Assembly (NCBI GenBank): GCA_951804945.1
Contig: OX638149.1
Span: 118,420,001 to 118,484,000, forward strand
Direction of reading: 5' to 3'
DNA length: 64,000 nt
Source of the DNA: Podarcis cretensis
Taxonomy: Eukaryota
Each line of letters starts with the position of its first letter. Positions within the stretch are counted from its first letter, which is position 1. The notes beneath the pieces were generated by a model. The model was not told the DNA's origin. It worked only from the letters and a program-made list of their open reading frames with translations, and did no database searches. The position numbers and the translations under genes are program-made. Shown in pieces: positions 24,576 through 36,340 of the stretch.

Positions 24576-27500
24576 CCGCGGGACACTCCGGGCTGCGGCG
24601 CAAAGGTGGTCAACAGCGACATCTAGAACGTCGAGGAGAAAGTGCGCGCGCTCCTCCAAGCCAGGGAGCTCCAGCGGCGGCGGCGGCAGCAGCAATATTA
24701 GTAGCAACCTTTTTCTTTTTCTTTTTTTTTGTCCTTTTGCAAAGCCAGCCCTGGCGCACTGCGCTGATTTAAAACAAGGAAATGCGTTGAACTGATCTGA
24801 CACCCCCATACGCCCCCCGATCTCGCAACTCTTTCGTTGTTGCTGCTGGGTTGTTGTTGTTTTGTTTTGTGTGTTTTGTGTGTTTTTTAACACCACAAAG
24901 GAGTTACTGTCCGAATTCAGGCTGATCCTGAGCCATGCGCCTTTGCTCCAATATCAATATATATACATGAGACAGGTACTTCAGGAAAATCCCTGGCTGG
25001 CTTCAACAGAGGCAAGAGGGGTGGGAGATGGACGCAGAGGCGCGCGCAGACACACAGAGAGATGGAGGGAGTGGGAAGGGGAGACGCATGCAATCCTACA
25101 AGGCGAAATATGTGGGTCTTCTTCTCATTCTCCCCACCTGTGAATAGTAATGGTGATGATAATATTGATAAAAGTAGTTTCCCCCATCTCCAGTCCTCAT
25201 GGTTGCCCAACATCTCCTTCAAGTTACATGAATTGGCGGCAACTGACGTCCTCAGAAGAGACGTCCCTAAGTCTCAGCCCTGGACAACACATCCTTCTCT
25301 TCTCCACTACTTCCTCCTTTCACTTCATAATCAAACACTTTCTAAAACAAAAGCCACAACATATAATAAAGGTCCCAAAAAAGTTGTGTGTGTGTTGTTT
25401 ATTTTTTGAGGGTGGACAGCTGACTATGTCTGAAGTGTAGGCGATCTCCCAACGTGTCATAATTTGGGGAAGATACAAAGGGGTGGTGGTAGCGGTGGAA
25501 ATAATGTTACCTTTTATGGATTTTGTAAAAGCATTGGTTCCTGACAAGTGCAAGGTACAAAAGGTTGTGGAATTTATTAATACAGATTAAGAAGAATCAG
25601 AGCGATCAATAAAATTCTCATCTACATTCTTGAGCCACTTGGTAATTTTCTTGCTTCTGAAGCTTTTTCAAGAGTTATACCCTCTGTTGCCACACACGGG
25701 AAGATATTTTATTAACAAATCAATCGAGACTTTGTAAAGGATAAGATTAATAGTTAAGATTTAGCATAATGGTGTTCGCGTTATGAATTATTGAAAATTA
25801 TACTATTGATTTTTCCTCTTCGCTGCTAACCAAGAAGGTCAATTTTTGTTTTAATACAAATCGTCAAATATTAAAAGCTAGAAAAAAAAATTTGGTCATA
25901 AGTTTGGTTTTATAGCTCCAGCAGATTCCTAAAATAAAATAATAAATAAGATGAGGGTCCTTTCTCATAGTACATATGTGAAGAAATTCTCTTTGCCCAC
26001 GAAAATGGCACCAGAGAAAAGGTAAAGTTTTCGTAGACGATGTTGCTGAACTTCACGCAAAAAACCCCCCACATATGCACTCACAACGCGGTAGCCCGCA
26101 TCCCACAACGGAATCTGCTGGCTTCTTACATTATTTCATTACCCAACTTCATATCTATTAAAAAGGGCGATAATAAACACCTGAGTCCACCCCTCCCTAG
26201 TTCTTGACCACAGGAATCGTGGGCAACTCTACCTATGGAGAAATTTGGACGCTTCTTTCAAAATAGATTTCCCCACTTCGATGTTCATCCTTTCTTTTCC
26301 TTATATTTATACCCGCATCACTCCCTTTTCTTGAAACACAAGGGGACACATATCCTTGAAATTAAGGACTGTTCTCCCCCCCTCTCACCTTCGGGACTTT
26401 AAAAACATTCATATTTTCCCTCTCCTCCCCACTTGTTTGGCAGTGTGTTTTTACTCCAAAGGTGTCTCTTTATTCATAAAATGTCACACGCCGCACGCCA
26501 CACAGGAACCATCTACTTGAGGTTAAATGTTGCCTTGAGTCCATCTATTTATTCCAGGCCTCGAGCTCATCCCTATCAGCAAACCTTCCTTCTCTCCTTT
26601 GAAATAAGAACGTCGGGGAAACCAAAACAGACCCTTTGAAATGGCACCCACGGCCTCTCCAATGACTGCAAGAAGCTTAATTTTCCGTCCTGGTTTTTTC
26701 ACCCTTATGTCTTTGGCACTTTGGGGGGGGGGGGTTGCTTCACTTTCCCCCCCTCTTCTTCTTCTTCTTCTTCCTCCCCTATCCATTTGCCGAAAACAAC
26801 CCCCTCACCCCAGTTTGAAATCTCGCTGTGGCAATGAGACAGACCCTTTTTGAAAAAGCTTATCGCAGCTGTTCAAATACAACATCATTGTCAGGTTAAG
26901 AGCCGGTGGGTTTTACGGCTCCAGCCGCCTCTCTTCTCTCCCTCTGTCTCGCTCTCTCTCTCTCTGGCTTCTGTGTTTGCCGGGGAGTCTCCACCTTACC
27001 TTCGTCAAATAAGCTACATTCCACCATCACCACCCCAGATAAACATTTTCTCTCTTTCTTCATGGGCCCCTTTAAATTGCGAGTCCATAAGCCATGCCCT
27101 TGTCCTGGATAGGGGCTTAGAAATAAGGGACACAGCACCGCAAAGAAGCGGTGGTGGTCCCAGTGTAGGAGAGAGGATTTTTGTCCCCCCTCCTTTTCTC
27201 CAATTTGAGATCATTATCAGAGCCATTGCTAAGATTTTGTCTGAGCTGGGGAACAAACAAAAGTGGAGGTCACGATGCTCCCTCTTTGGGGGCCGGCTTT
27301 TTATGTGCTTTCCAGCAATTTCCCTTCCTCCCCCCCCCTCTCTTTCCCTCTCCCCTCAAAACAAGACGCCAGACAACCCACCGAGTTTAAAGCAACCCAA
27401 TACTATTTTGTGGTCTGCATTTTAAGACTTGACTGTGAAATCTAATCAGGTTTTTTGAAAATAATAATAATAATAACAATCCCCCTTCAAACGGCCTTCC

Positions 27501-29330
27501 GTAATTCTTATTTACACTTTAAGAAGTGCCCTAGAAATCTCCCAATGGCCACATCCTCTTTATTTTATTTTATTTTATTTTGGCTATATGTTGCCCAGTT
27601 GTAACATTAAAGCAAGCCAGACTTTCTCCCCCTGTTTTCCATCTCAGGGGTGTGTGTTGTTTAATGAACTGACTCCGAGTCCTCCCTTTAGAGTTAGGAC
27701 ATTTCGCTAGATTTGAGGCGCAAGATACTAATGCCGCCATCTAATGACCTCCAATTATTTTGTTAGATAAACCATGTGTACGGTTAAGGCTCTCCAGTTC
27801 TGAAGCAATCCATTGATCATCACCAATTACTACTTTTAATAAAAAAGAATAAGGGTGAGGAAAGAATTTGAGCAGGCTTGGGCAAATATATTAAAAGTGT
27901 GTGGGGTGGGGTGGGGAATGGCACTGAAAACCGAAAACCTTAAAATTTGTGTGACACATCTAAAGGTTGAATAAACATCTCATTGGGAAATGGGTTACTC
28001 AGACCTTGTGTGTTTAACGCCACTTCAGTTTTAAATCATATTAAGATGGAATTGTAGTAATTAACATTAATAAATAAATCAATATTGTGCCATAAATGAG
28101 ATATACAATCTACATTAATGCAAAGGTTTTCCTCTTTTACTGTCCCATATTTTTTCTTCAAAGGGGGTGAAACCCCCCGAAAAAAGCTCCATTTATAACT
28201 CGATTACTATTTGCAGTAAAATATATGTTGACATCCCCCTTTTCTGTCTTAATAAATAATAGAAAATAAAACCCGAGAGGAAAAGTCGATACTTTAAACT
28301 TTAATTTTAATCCTTCAGATTTATTCGACATTTTGTGCCTGGCCGTTTGATGCCCTTTTGGGCTTTGTTTTGGAATGTATGTAGGGACGTATTCAAAGAT
28401 ATTCCTCCTACCTTTTCCTCTTCTAACTGCAATTTGTTTTATTCTCTTCTCATTATTAAAGGGATGGGGGAGGGGAAGGAGCCTACCCAAAAGTGGGGGG
28501 CAGATATTTCGCAGCTGTGGACTCTAAACTGGACTGACAAATATTGTTCAAAAAAATTGTCATTCAGACGGGCTCCCAGGAAGCCTATCTAAATGTTCCC
28601 TTCCTCCTTTCATCTAAGTATTATTTAATCTGGAGGCGTTTGCACATTGATTCAGTTTATTTCATTCCACACCACTGCAGAGCAGAGGCGCTGAAAGGTA
28701 TTCCTTTTAATTAAGAAAGGAAATTAGTGCCATACAATATCGTGGCTTTTCGTCCCATCATAACACAGCAATTAAATGATTCTGCTTTCTGAGCCTCACG
28801 TTGTTATGCGGAGCAGAGACAACGTCCCAAATATTTGGATTAAAAAGACGAGGGAGATGTGTGATGAGACCATCGCTCTTGGTAATGCACAGAACATAAT
28901 TAACTAATATTAACCATACTACATGAGATATGAGGGAAAAGTCAACACCACGCCCTCCCTTATTTTTGCTCTGCAGATATTATATGCATCTCTATAGCTA
29001 TATAGGTATCTAGGTCTATAGATATCTATAGATGTACCAACTGATTCACGTCATAAACGAAACTCCCCTGAAGAGGATTCCCGTTTTGTCCATTGTTTAT
29101 CATAAGCCTTTTGTACACAAAAGCACGAGTTCAATTTCAGACGCTCGCAGCCTTTACTAGAAGGGTCTGGCCAGGTTAATGTCTTTACAGCATACATCCT
29201 CTACTCTCTCAATTAATTAGAAGCTCCGGAGAGACTTAGTACTGTATACAATAGCATTGGCCATAGTCTTGAGTTACAGTTATTTAAAACATGGAAGTAT
29301 CAATACGGCATAAGCTTTAGCAGATTTGGC

Positions 29331-29487
29331 NNNNNNNNNNNNNNNNNNNNNNNNNNNNNNNNNNNNNNNNNNNNNNNNNNNNNNNNNNNNNNNNNNNNNN
29401 NNNNNNNNNNNNNNNNNNNNNNNNNNNNNNNNNNNNNNNNNNNNNNNNNNNNNNNNNNNNNNNNNNNNNNNNNNNNNNNNNNNNNNN
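29331..29487. other. Assembly gap
   Basis: Run of N. Confidence 1.
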
Positions 29488-31006
29488 ATTTTTTAAATTG
29501 CCAACGTTTTCTGCGCCATCTTAACACTCTCAGATCAAAAAGGCTTTGGGAAATTGCTGAAAATCATAACCAAAATGAACTCCCATCCCCACACCTCCCC
29601 AGGTCCATCACACGTGCGTGAAGGTTCCACAAAGAACAAAGGCGAGATTTTAAATATCCAACTAATTTAATGAGCAGAGTATATATAATACGCATATAGC
29701 CCCAACCACAATGTTACATTTTTTTAATTTTCAAAACAAGGTCTTAATATAAATGGGAGGGGAGGGGAGGGGTGAGGGAGAATTCTAACCGTGTAGTTTA
29801 GTCTTCATGCGGTGTCTGACAAGGCGTGCGTTAATTTAACAGTGGGGGGAAAGCCCCACACCAAACATTAACCTTTTCTACATTATTCTTTCCCAAAATA
29901 GATTCATCTTACACCATCCCGTTTATTACGGATCTTAAATGGCAAATATTAATTTCATTTGTGTTTCAACATAATGTTTTTTTTTTTAAAAAAAACCAAA
30001 CATTTCATTTTATTTCAGAACACTTCCGTTTATTTCAGGCGGAAAGGCTATTCTAGGTAACTGGAGTAACAATGAACTCCTTTTTATTAAAAAAAAATTT
30101 TAAAAATCCACTGGAAAACAATGCGCCCAACATTCATTTGGTAGGGATGACGTTGAATGTGTCTAGTTTATTGGATTACACAATGCCAAATTTCGAATCC
30201 ATATTATGCAGAAGGAGAAAGGCGGAGGAAACCAACTCTGATCTTTGGTGTTTTTACCTAAAAGTGCGTTTTCGGAGACAACTAAGATCTCCCAAATCAG
30301 ATGCCCTTTTTGTGGAAGGGGTTCCGTTTTTGTTTTAAACATTTTAGGGGTCCTTGGAATACATAATTCTTTCTCCGTTTGCATTCTTTCTGTGGAGAAG
30401 GAAAATTAGTTTCACAATATCGGGTCAAGGTGACGAAATGATATCCACCATAAGCAAAATGCCCGACTCTGGTAAATAAAGCTTTCTCTAGAGAAAAGGC
30501 ACCCCCCCCCAAAAAAAATACTCAACAGCCCATTTTCCCACTGATTAAAAGTACACATTCTTTTTAACATTGAACTATCTGCCTGCGTTAGTCTTCTCAT
30601 GAAAAAATCTCGACCTAAATATAAACTGGCTTTGATCACATTGGTATTCTTGGGGCGCTATGATTGCGCTGAAAGAGAAACAATTAGAATTTCGTTCTGT
30701 TGAGGAAATCCAGGAGATAAACTACCCCGTCCTAGAAAATTACTAGTTTTTTAAAAATTCTTATGCATCATATTGTAAAAGATTATGACCCAAAATATTT
30801 TTTTAAAATGAAATACGTCTTGTTCGTGTCATGGTCATGAGTTACTTGTTTAATAAATCCTGTTTATGCTCTATTTTCTCATTTCCCAAGCCCTGAAAAC
30901 TTATAGTTGCTTATATATTAGATATTTTATTAGTAGCAGGGTGATTGGGGACGGGGGTGGAAATACACTTGAACATCAGGACAATTAGACATTCTGGAAT
31001 ATTAGC

Positions 31007-31020
31007 GCGCCCTCTTGTGG
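31007..31020 (-). promoter_or_regulatory. CTCF motif between Hoxd10 and Hoxd11
   Basis: Minus strand CCACAAGAGGGCGC, an isolated GC-rich motif in AT-rich surroundings. Confidence 0.7.
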
Positions 31021-32028
31021 AATTTAGTAGTCCGGCATGCAGGGAATTTTTTATTTGAAAAAAAACCACTGCATGCTTTCTTCTTGCATTTCTGAGACAT
31101 TATTCTGTTAGATTTTTTCTTCGAAAAAAAGCTTTTATATTTCTATTCCTATATATTAAAGCTTTTTTCAAAGAAAAAACCCAACGGAGTTGTCTTATGA
31201 CAACTGTAGTTGGTGAATTTGAATTGATTCGCCTTTTTGGTACATTCCTGACTGAAGAGTAAATGATAAGGAAAGTCACCCCCTTTTTAATAAAACAGTT
31301 TAAGGCATCTTGAAAGGACACAATATTTTCCTATAACGTTGAGAGGATATTTTTTCAGGCGCCTTGAGACTATAAGTTGAATTATTTGGACGTCCTATGG
31401 CCTCCAAATCACAAGTCAATTCTTTTTCGGATAATCTGCGTCACATTGAATTCCATGAACGAATTCTCATTTATTTTAGTGGCACTGAGTTGCAACTGTT
31501 GCTTTTGACTTTATTTATTTATCTATTGGGATTATTATTTTTTTAAAAAAATGTATTGACCTGATTTCTGTATGTATATCACTACCAAACAGTAAAAGAA
31601 AAATTTGGGAAGAAATGGTGGCTTATTCCTTGCGGAGCGGGAGGGTGGCTAGGGACAGAATTCTAAATATGGTTTCAGGAGGAATTAGAAGAGGTTTCAC
31701 AGCAAATAAGCTGTTAGTCTGGAGAGACTGCAATGGCGTTAGTCTGGAGAATTCTGCAAATGCCCCTGGTAAGAACTGATGAAATGAACTATTTCCTAGT
31801 GGAAGTCGAAGCGCTCCAAAGACCTACGTGGTGGATTCGCGGGTGTGGATAGCTATGCAGTAAGAAGTGTGTTTGTGTGTGTGCGTGTGTGTGTGGTGTG
31901 TGTGAGAGAGAAAAGCCAGAGAGCGTGGGGGAGGAAGTAAGAAATGGGGGAAAGAGGCACACAGAGAGAGAGAGTGGGTGGTGGTTGAAAATAAGAGAGG
32001 AACCTTTAAGGCTCCTAATTATTCAGAA

Positions 32029-32072
32029 AGGTTAAAGGTGATGACCTTGACATTTTGGAAGTTCAAAGGCAG
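32029..32072. promoter_or_regulatory. Nuclear-receptor response element cluster downstream of Hoxd11 (candidate region RIX)
   Basis: AGGTTA-a-AGGTGA (DR1) overlapping AGGTGA-TGACCT (IR0), then AGTTCA-a-AGGCAG (DR1-like). Mouse RIX, 3' of Hoxd11, is known to carry nuclear-receptor sites. Confidence 0.55.
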
Positions 32073-33353
32073 ACACTTACTGTTTTCCTTGCTTAAGAGT
32101 TTCAAGTTTTAATTTTTGGCCATGCCTACCTGAAGCCTCGACGCTTAACGTTTGTTTTATATGTTTCGCTCTCATTTTATCCGTCCAGTTTGGCCTTTAA
32201 TTGATGCAAAATGGACCCACCGCTTCTCCCTCCCCCGCCCTGCTCCCCTTCTTTTTTTAAGCCAAATTCTTTTCTCACTCGTCTCCTTTATTGCTCGTTG
32301 CGGAAATCTCTTTTTCTGCCACCAGAAGGTGTACAATATAACCCAATTAAGCTGTTTAGACCCTGAGCTTTTATGGTGTTGTCTAGACAGTTCAAGGTTT
32401 TGTAAACAGCCTAGCTAGGTCGCGCAATATAAAAGTAGAGGCGAGGACCTCCACCAAACCCTTCTCGGAAAAATAGTAATAATTATAAGAATAATAATGA
32501 TAATGAAGAATGGGCAGCCTGGTGGCTAATTAGATTATTTCTCCCGTTCCTTTGTGTGTGTGTGTGAATATAGGGTGGAAGATCAGCAGGCACCTTTTAA
32601 AAGATTTGTTCTCCTTATTCCAGTACCAGTCACCCATCCTTAATTAAGTTCAAGTTTTGGAGTGGGAATTTTCGTTTCGACTGGAACTCGATAAGTCGCT
32701 ATGCTAGTTCGCTTCGCCTCCCCAAAGTTCATTAGAACTTTGTACTACAGTGGATCTGTTATCCACTATAAGTCGGATCAGGATGTGCTTTACAATATAG
32801 CGCATTTTTAAAATACAGGATATGTTCCAGACAGAGTTTTAAAAGCAACACCTTTTAACTCCCACTTATTCAAATGGCATAGATTTACATACATATTTTT
32901 TTTCCCCAGGTTGAGTTTTCCCCTTAAAATAACAAAACCTGGGTAAGCCCGCCGGCGACGTTGCTCCTGTTTTTTTTTGGGTTTTGAAAAAAATTATTCT
33001 CATTATAGCGGAGAAAGAGAGAACGAACAGGTTTTTTTCTTTGAAATGTAGGGACAGGAGGGGAGCACATAAAGGTGGGTCGGGCCACACTCTCAGCTAT
33101 TAGTTGATTTCACTTGACACCAGCAGGGACCCGACTACGGACCTTCAGAGATGGCACTGCTCATAACGCACGCGGAAAAGGCAACTTTAACCTTACTAGG
33201 AACCATTTGTTCACATGAGCAAGACAGTGTCCCGTGCTGCTTCTTTTTAAAAACAACCCCCCCCCAAAAAAGGCAATGGAAGCCAGATATATCTCTCTAT
33301 ACTGGCGTGCGTAAAGGTAGCTACCGAATGCACATGGCCACCTTTTCGACAAC

Positions 33354-33409
33354 GGAAGGAAGGAAGGAAGGAAGGAAGGAAGGAAGGAAGGAAGGAAGGA
33401 AGGAAGGAA
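33354..33409. repeat. (GGAA)n microsatellite
   Basis: Read directly from the sequence. Confidence 0.9.
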
Positions 33410-33990
33410 GGGGGAAGTTGAGAGGAGTCACTCTCTCCTATCTCAGACCCAACAGAAAGCGGGCCCAACACGGCTGCTTCATAACGCGCTTCTTTCTTAA
33501 CTACCGTCTACATTCGAGGTCTAGTAGCGGCCTCCGCCAGGAACTAAGGAGAAGTGGGTGGGGAGGGAATTAAAGCAACACGGTGGGTAGTTTCACCAAA
33601 GAAAAAAAGAGAGGATGGAAAGGGAGTGGAAATCCAGACAAAACGACAACCCCCAAACCCAAAACTCCAACTACACACAACAAGGTTAGAATGGACTATT
33701 GGATTTACCCTCTCGGTTTCTGGTCCCCCTTTAGAGGATTCCTCTCCGCCAAGCGCCCCAAGACATCTCGTGGACACAAGGGCTGTTTGGAAGAACCAGA
33801 TCTGTTGAGCATGGGTAAAATAAAAACAATAAAAATAACAATAAAGGGAACTTGTCCGCAGGGTGGATGTCATGTAAACTTCTTCATTGTTATTTTTTTG
33901 ATTATTATTATTAATTTTTTTGCACTCAGGTGGCAGGTTGGACCAGGGAGGGAGGTCTCCTTCGCCTCCTTCCCTCCGCGCTTAGTCCTC

Positions 33991-34226
33991 TCAAAACAAG
34001 GGGTTCCCCGTGAAATACTGCAGTCGATCTCTGTTCAGTTTCTTTTCTTTCATCCGTCGATTTTGGAACCATATTTTGACTTGTCGATCCGTGAGGTTCA
34101 GCATCCTAGACAGCTGGAGTCTTTTCTCTTTGTTTATGTACACGTTGAAGAAAAACTCCCGTTCCAGTTCTCTTATCTGGTATTTCGTGTAAGGACATCT
34201 TTTTTTCCGGGATCGCTGGGGAAGTG
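33991..34226 (-). CDS. HOXD11: Hoxd11 exon 2 (homeodomain)
   Basis: (A)[77 protein letters not shown]. Acceptor CAG at 34229-34227. Confidence 0.96.
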
Positions 34227-34770
34227 CTGGACATTCAGGAAAGGAAGAAAAAAAAACACACAACCCAATAATGATGATGATAATAATAATAATAATAATG
34301 AGGGAAGAGGGGTGGGAGACAGAAGGGGGAAATTAGGAACGAAGAAATTAAGAAGCTGGCATATGTTGTCCCACTCAGAACACTTTCAAGCAGAGCTACA
34401 CTTCCTAAGGACTTACTGTAACTATTCCCTTACTCCCTGGGAAACCGACCACTGAAACATCCAGGGAGTTTTCTGCCTCACGCTAGTCAACTTTGTCAAA
34501 GTGGTTTTTGGAAGGTGTGGGTGGAAGAAGAAAAGATGGAAATAATCATCATCATCATCATCATCATCGACGTAATCCCAAGCTTATACTGCCCAACTCC
34601 ATTTACAGGACTGAGAGAAGGGCATGAGTGGAATTGTTTGAAAGGAACTTTGCAAAGTACACCTCTACCCGTTCAATTGGGACCCTGGTTTTTTCCCCTC
34701 CCCTTCCACAGTAGAATGGTTTGTGGAAAAGAATCCTGCCTCTCTCAAATGTCAGTCCGAAGTCCAGCCC

Positions 34771-34914
34771 NNNNNNNNNNNNNNNNNNNNNNNNNNNNNN
34801 NNNNNNNNNNNNNNNNNNNNNNNNNNNNNNNNNNNNNNNNNNNNNNNNNNNNNNNNNNNNNNNNNNNNNNNNNNNNNNNNNNNNNNNNNNNNNNNNNNNN
34901 NNNNNNNNNNNNNN
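34771..34914. other. Assembly gap in the Hoxd11 intron
   Basis: Run of N. Confidence 1.
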
Positions 34915-35343
34915 CTGAACACCCCTCCCCAAAACTTTGGGAGCTCTCAGCCTCCCAATCAACAGTTTCGTAACAATTAACATCCTCCTCCAAGAACATC
35001 TATAAGTTACCCTCAATGGGTTTCCTATCGTAAACACGCTTTACAACGGTGAGGGAAACCTTATAGGATATATAAAAGCCCTTCGGATGCTTATAAAATC
35101 TCACATAAAAAAGACCTCGGGCTTGACAAAGTGGTGGCCTCGTGCTCCCTCCCTCCCTCCCTCCCTCTCTCTCTCTCTCCCACCCACCTACTCACCCATC
35201 CTCCCTCCACCCACCCCACCCCTCTCAATTTTTGGCTTTCCTCTCGCTCCCCGCCTCCCCAACTTAACAAATAAATAAATAATCAACAGCTCGGGGAAGC
35301 GGGGCTGGTCGTGTGGCTCTTCGGACTGGGAGCCTCTTCTTAC

Positions 35344-35349
35344 CTGAAG

Positions 35350-35381
<32 letters not shown>

Positions 35382-36115
35382 TCCGGTCTGGCCTCCCCCG
35401 ACGGCGACTCGGCGCTGCCCTCGCTTGTCACTTTCTTTTCCTGGCCGGGCAGCGGGGAAGCTTTGCCACAAGTGTTGCTGGGGAGCTTGAGGTCGCCCTT
35501 GTCGCCCTCTGGCTCCGGGTAGGGGGTGCCTCCTCCGCCCCCGCCGCCTCCGCCATGCGCCGCCTCGTAAAACTGGTCGAAGCCCTGCGGGAGGATCCCG
35601 TTCCTGCCCACTGCGCTGTAGAAGTTGGCGGCGGCGGCGGCGGCCGCAGCAGCTGCGGAAGCGGCGGCGGCGGCGGCGGCCGCCCCGTGGTGGTGGTGGG
35701 CTCCGCACACGGGATCTGCCTTGAAGAGCACGTCTGTCCTGCGGGTGGCCGGCTGCAGAAAGTCCCTGCCGTGCATCACCTCCTCGTAGTAGCTGCTGGG
35801 CGCGTAGCTGCCGCCTCGGTAGGGCCACTTGCCGCCGCCGCCTGCGCCGCCTGCGCCGCCGCCACCTCCGCCGCCGCCGCCTCCCGCGTAGTCCCTGAAC
35901 GCCGCCGCCGCCGCTTCGCGCACCGGTTGCACATGGGGAGGCAGGTTGGAGGCGTAAGGGAAAGTCATTTGACAGGAGGGCGACTGCGACAGGAACGGGG
36001 GCTTGCCGGAGAAATCCGAGGAGGAGACGTAATAGGCGGCGGCGGCGGCGGCGGCGCACCCGGGGAGGTACATGCTGGATGCCCCGTGGCTGCCGCAGTC
36101 GTCAAAGTCACTCAT
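35344..36115 (-). CDS. HOXD11: Hoxd11 exon 1
   Basis: MSDFDDCG...MYLPGC...[11 protein letters not shown]...VQPVRE...[24 protein letters not shown] at 36115, donor G|GTAAG at 35344/35343. Spliced CDS 1008 nt (335 aa). Confidence 0.95.
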
Positions 36116-36284
36116 GTCTTCTCCTCCTCCAGCTGCTGCTGCCTCTGGGCGAGGGCGAGCAGGCAGCGGCAGCGGCAGCAGCAGCAGCCGAGCCAGCGCG
36201 TGGGAGCCGGAGCAGCCCCATCTATCTGCGCGCGAGGCTTTGGGCAGGAGCAGCCACCACCAAGGGGGGAAAAATCCCACCGTG

Positions 36285-36340
36285 TGCTGACGTGCAATTC
36301 ATCTTGATTGATTCGAGTGGTAATTATGTCACGTGACGGC
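36285..36340 (-). promoter_or_regulatory. Hoxd11 proximal promoter
   Basis: TGACGT half-CRE, TGATTGAT (PBX-like), TAATTA and palindromic GTCACGTGAC, about 170-220 bp upstream of the ATG. Confidence 0.5.

Noticed and set aside
33583-34455. 290-aa antisense ORF across Hoxd11 exon 2 (and 273-aa antisense ORF 45133-45954 across Hoxd12)
   Set aside because: Non-ATG starts, microsatellite-derived segments and no domain; homeobox antisense frames are often open.
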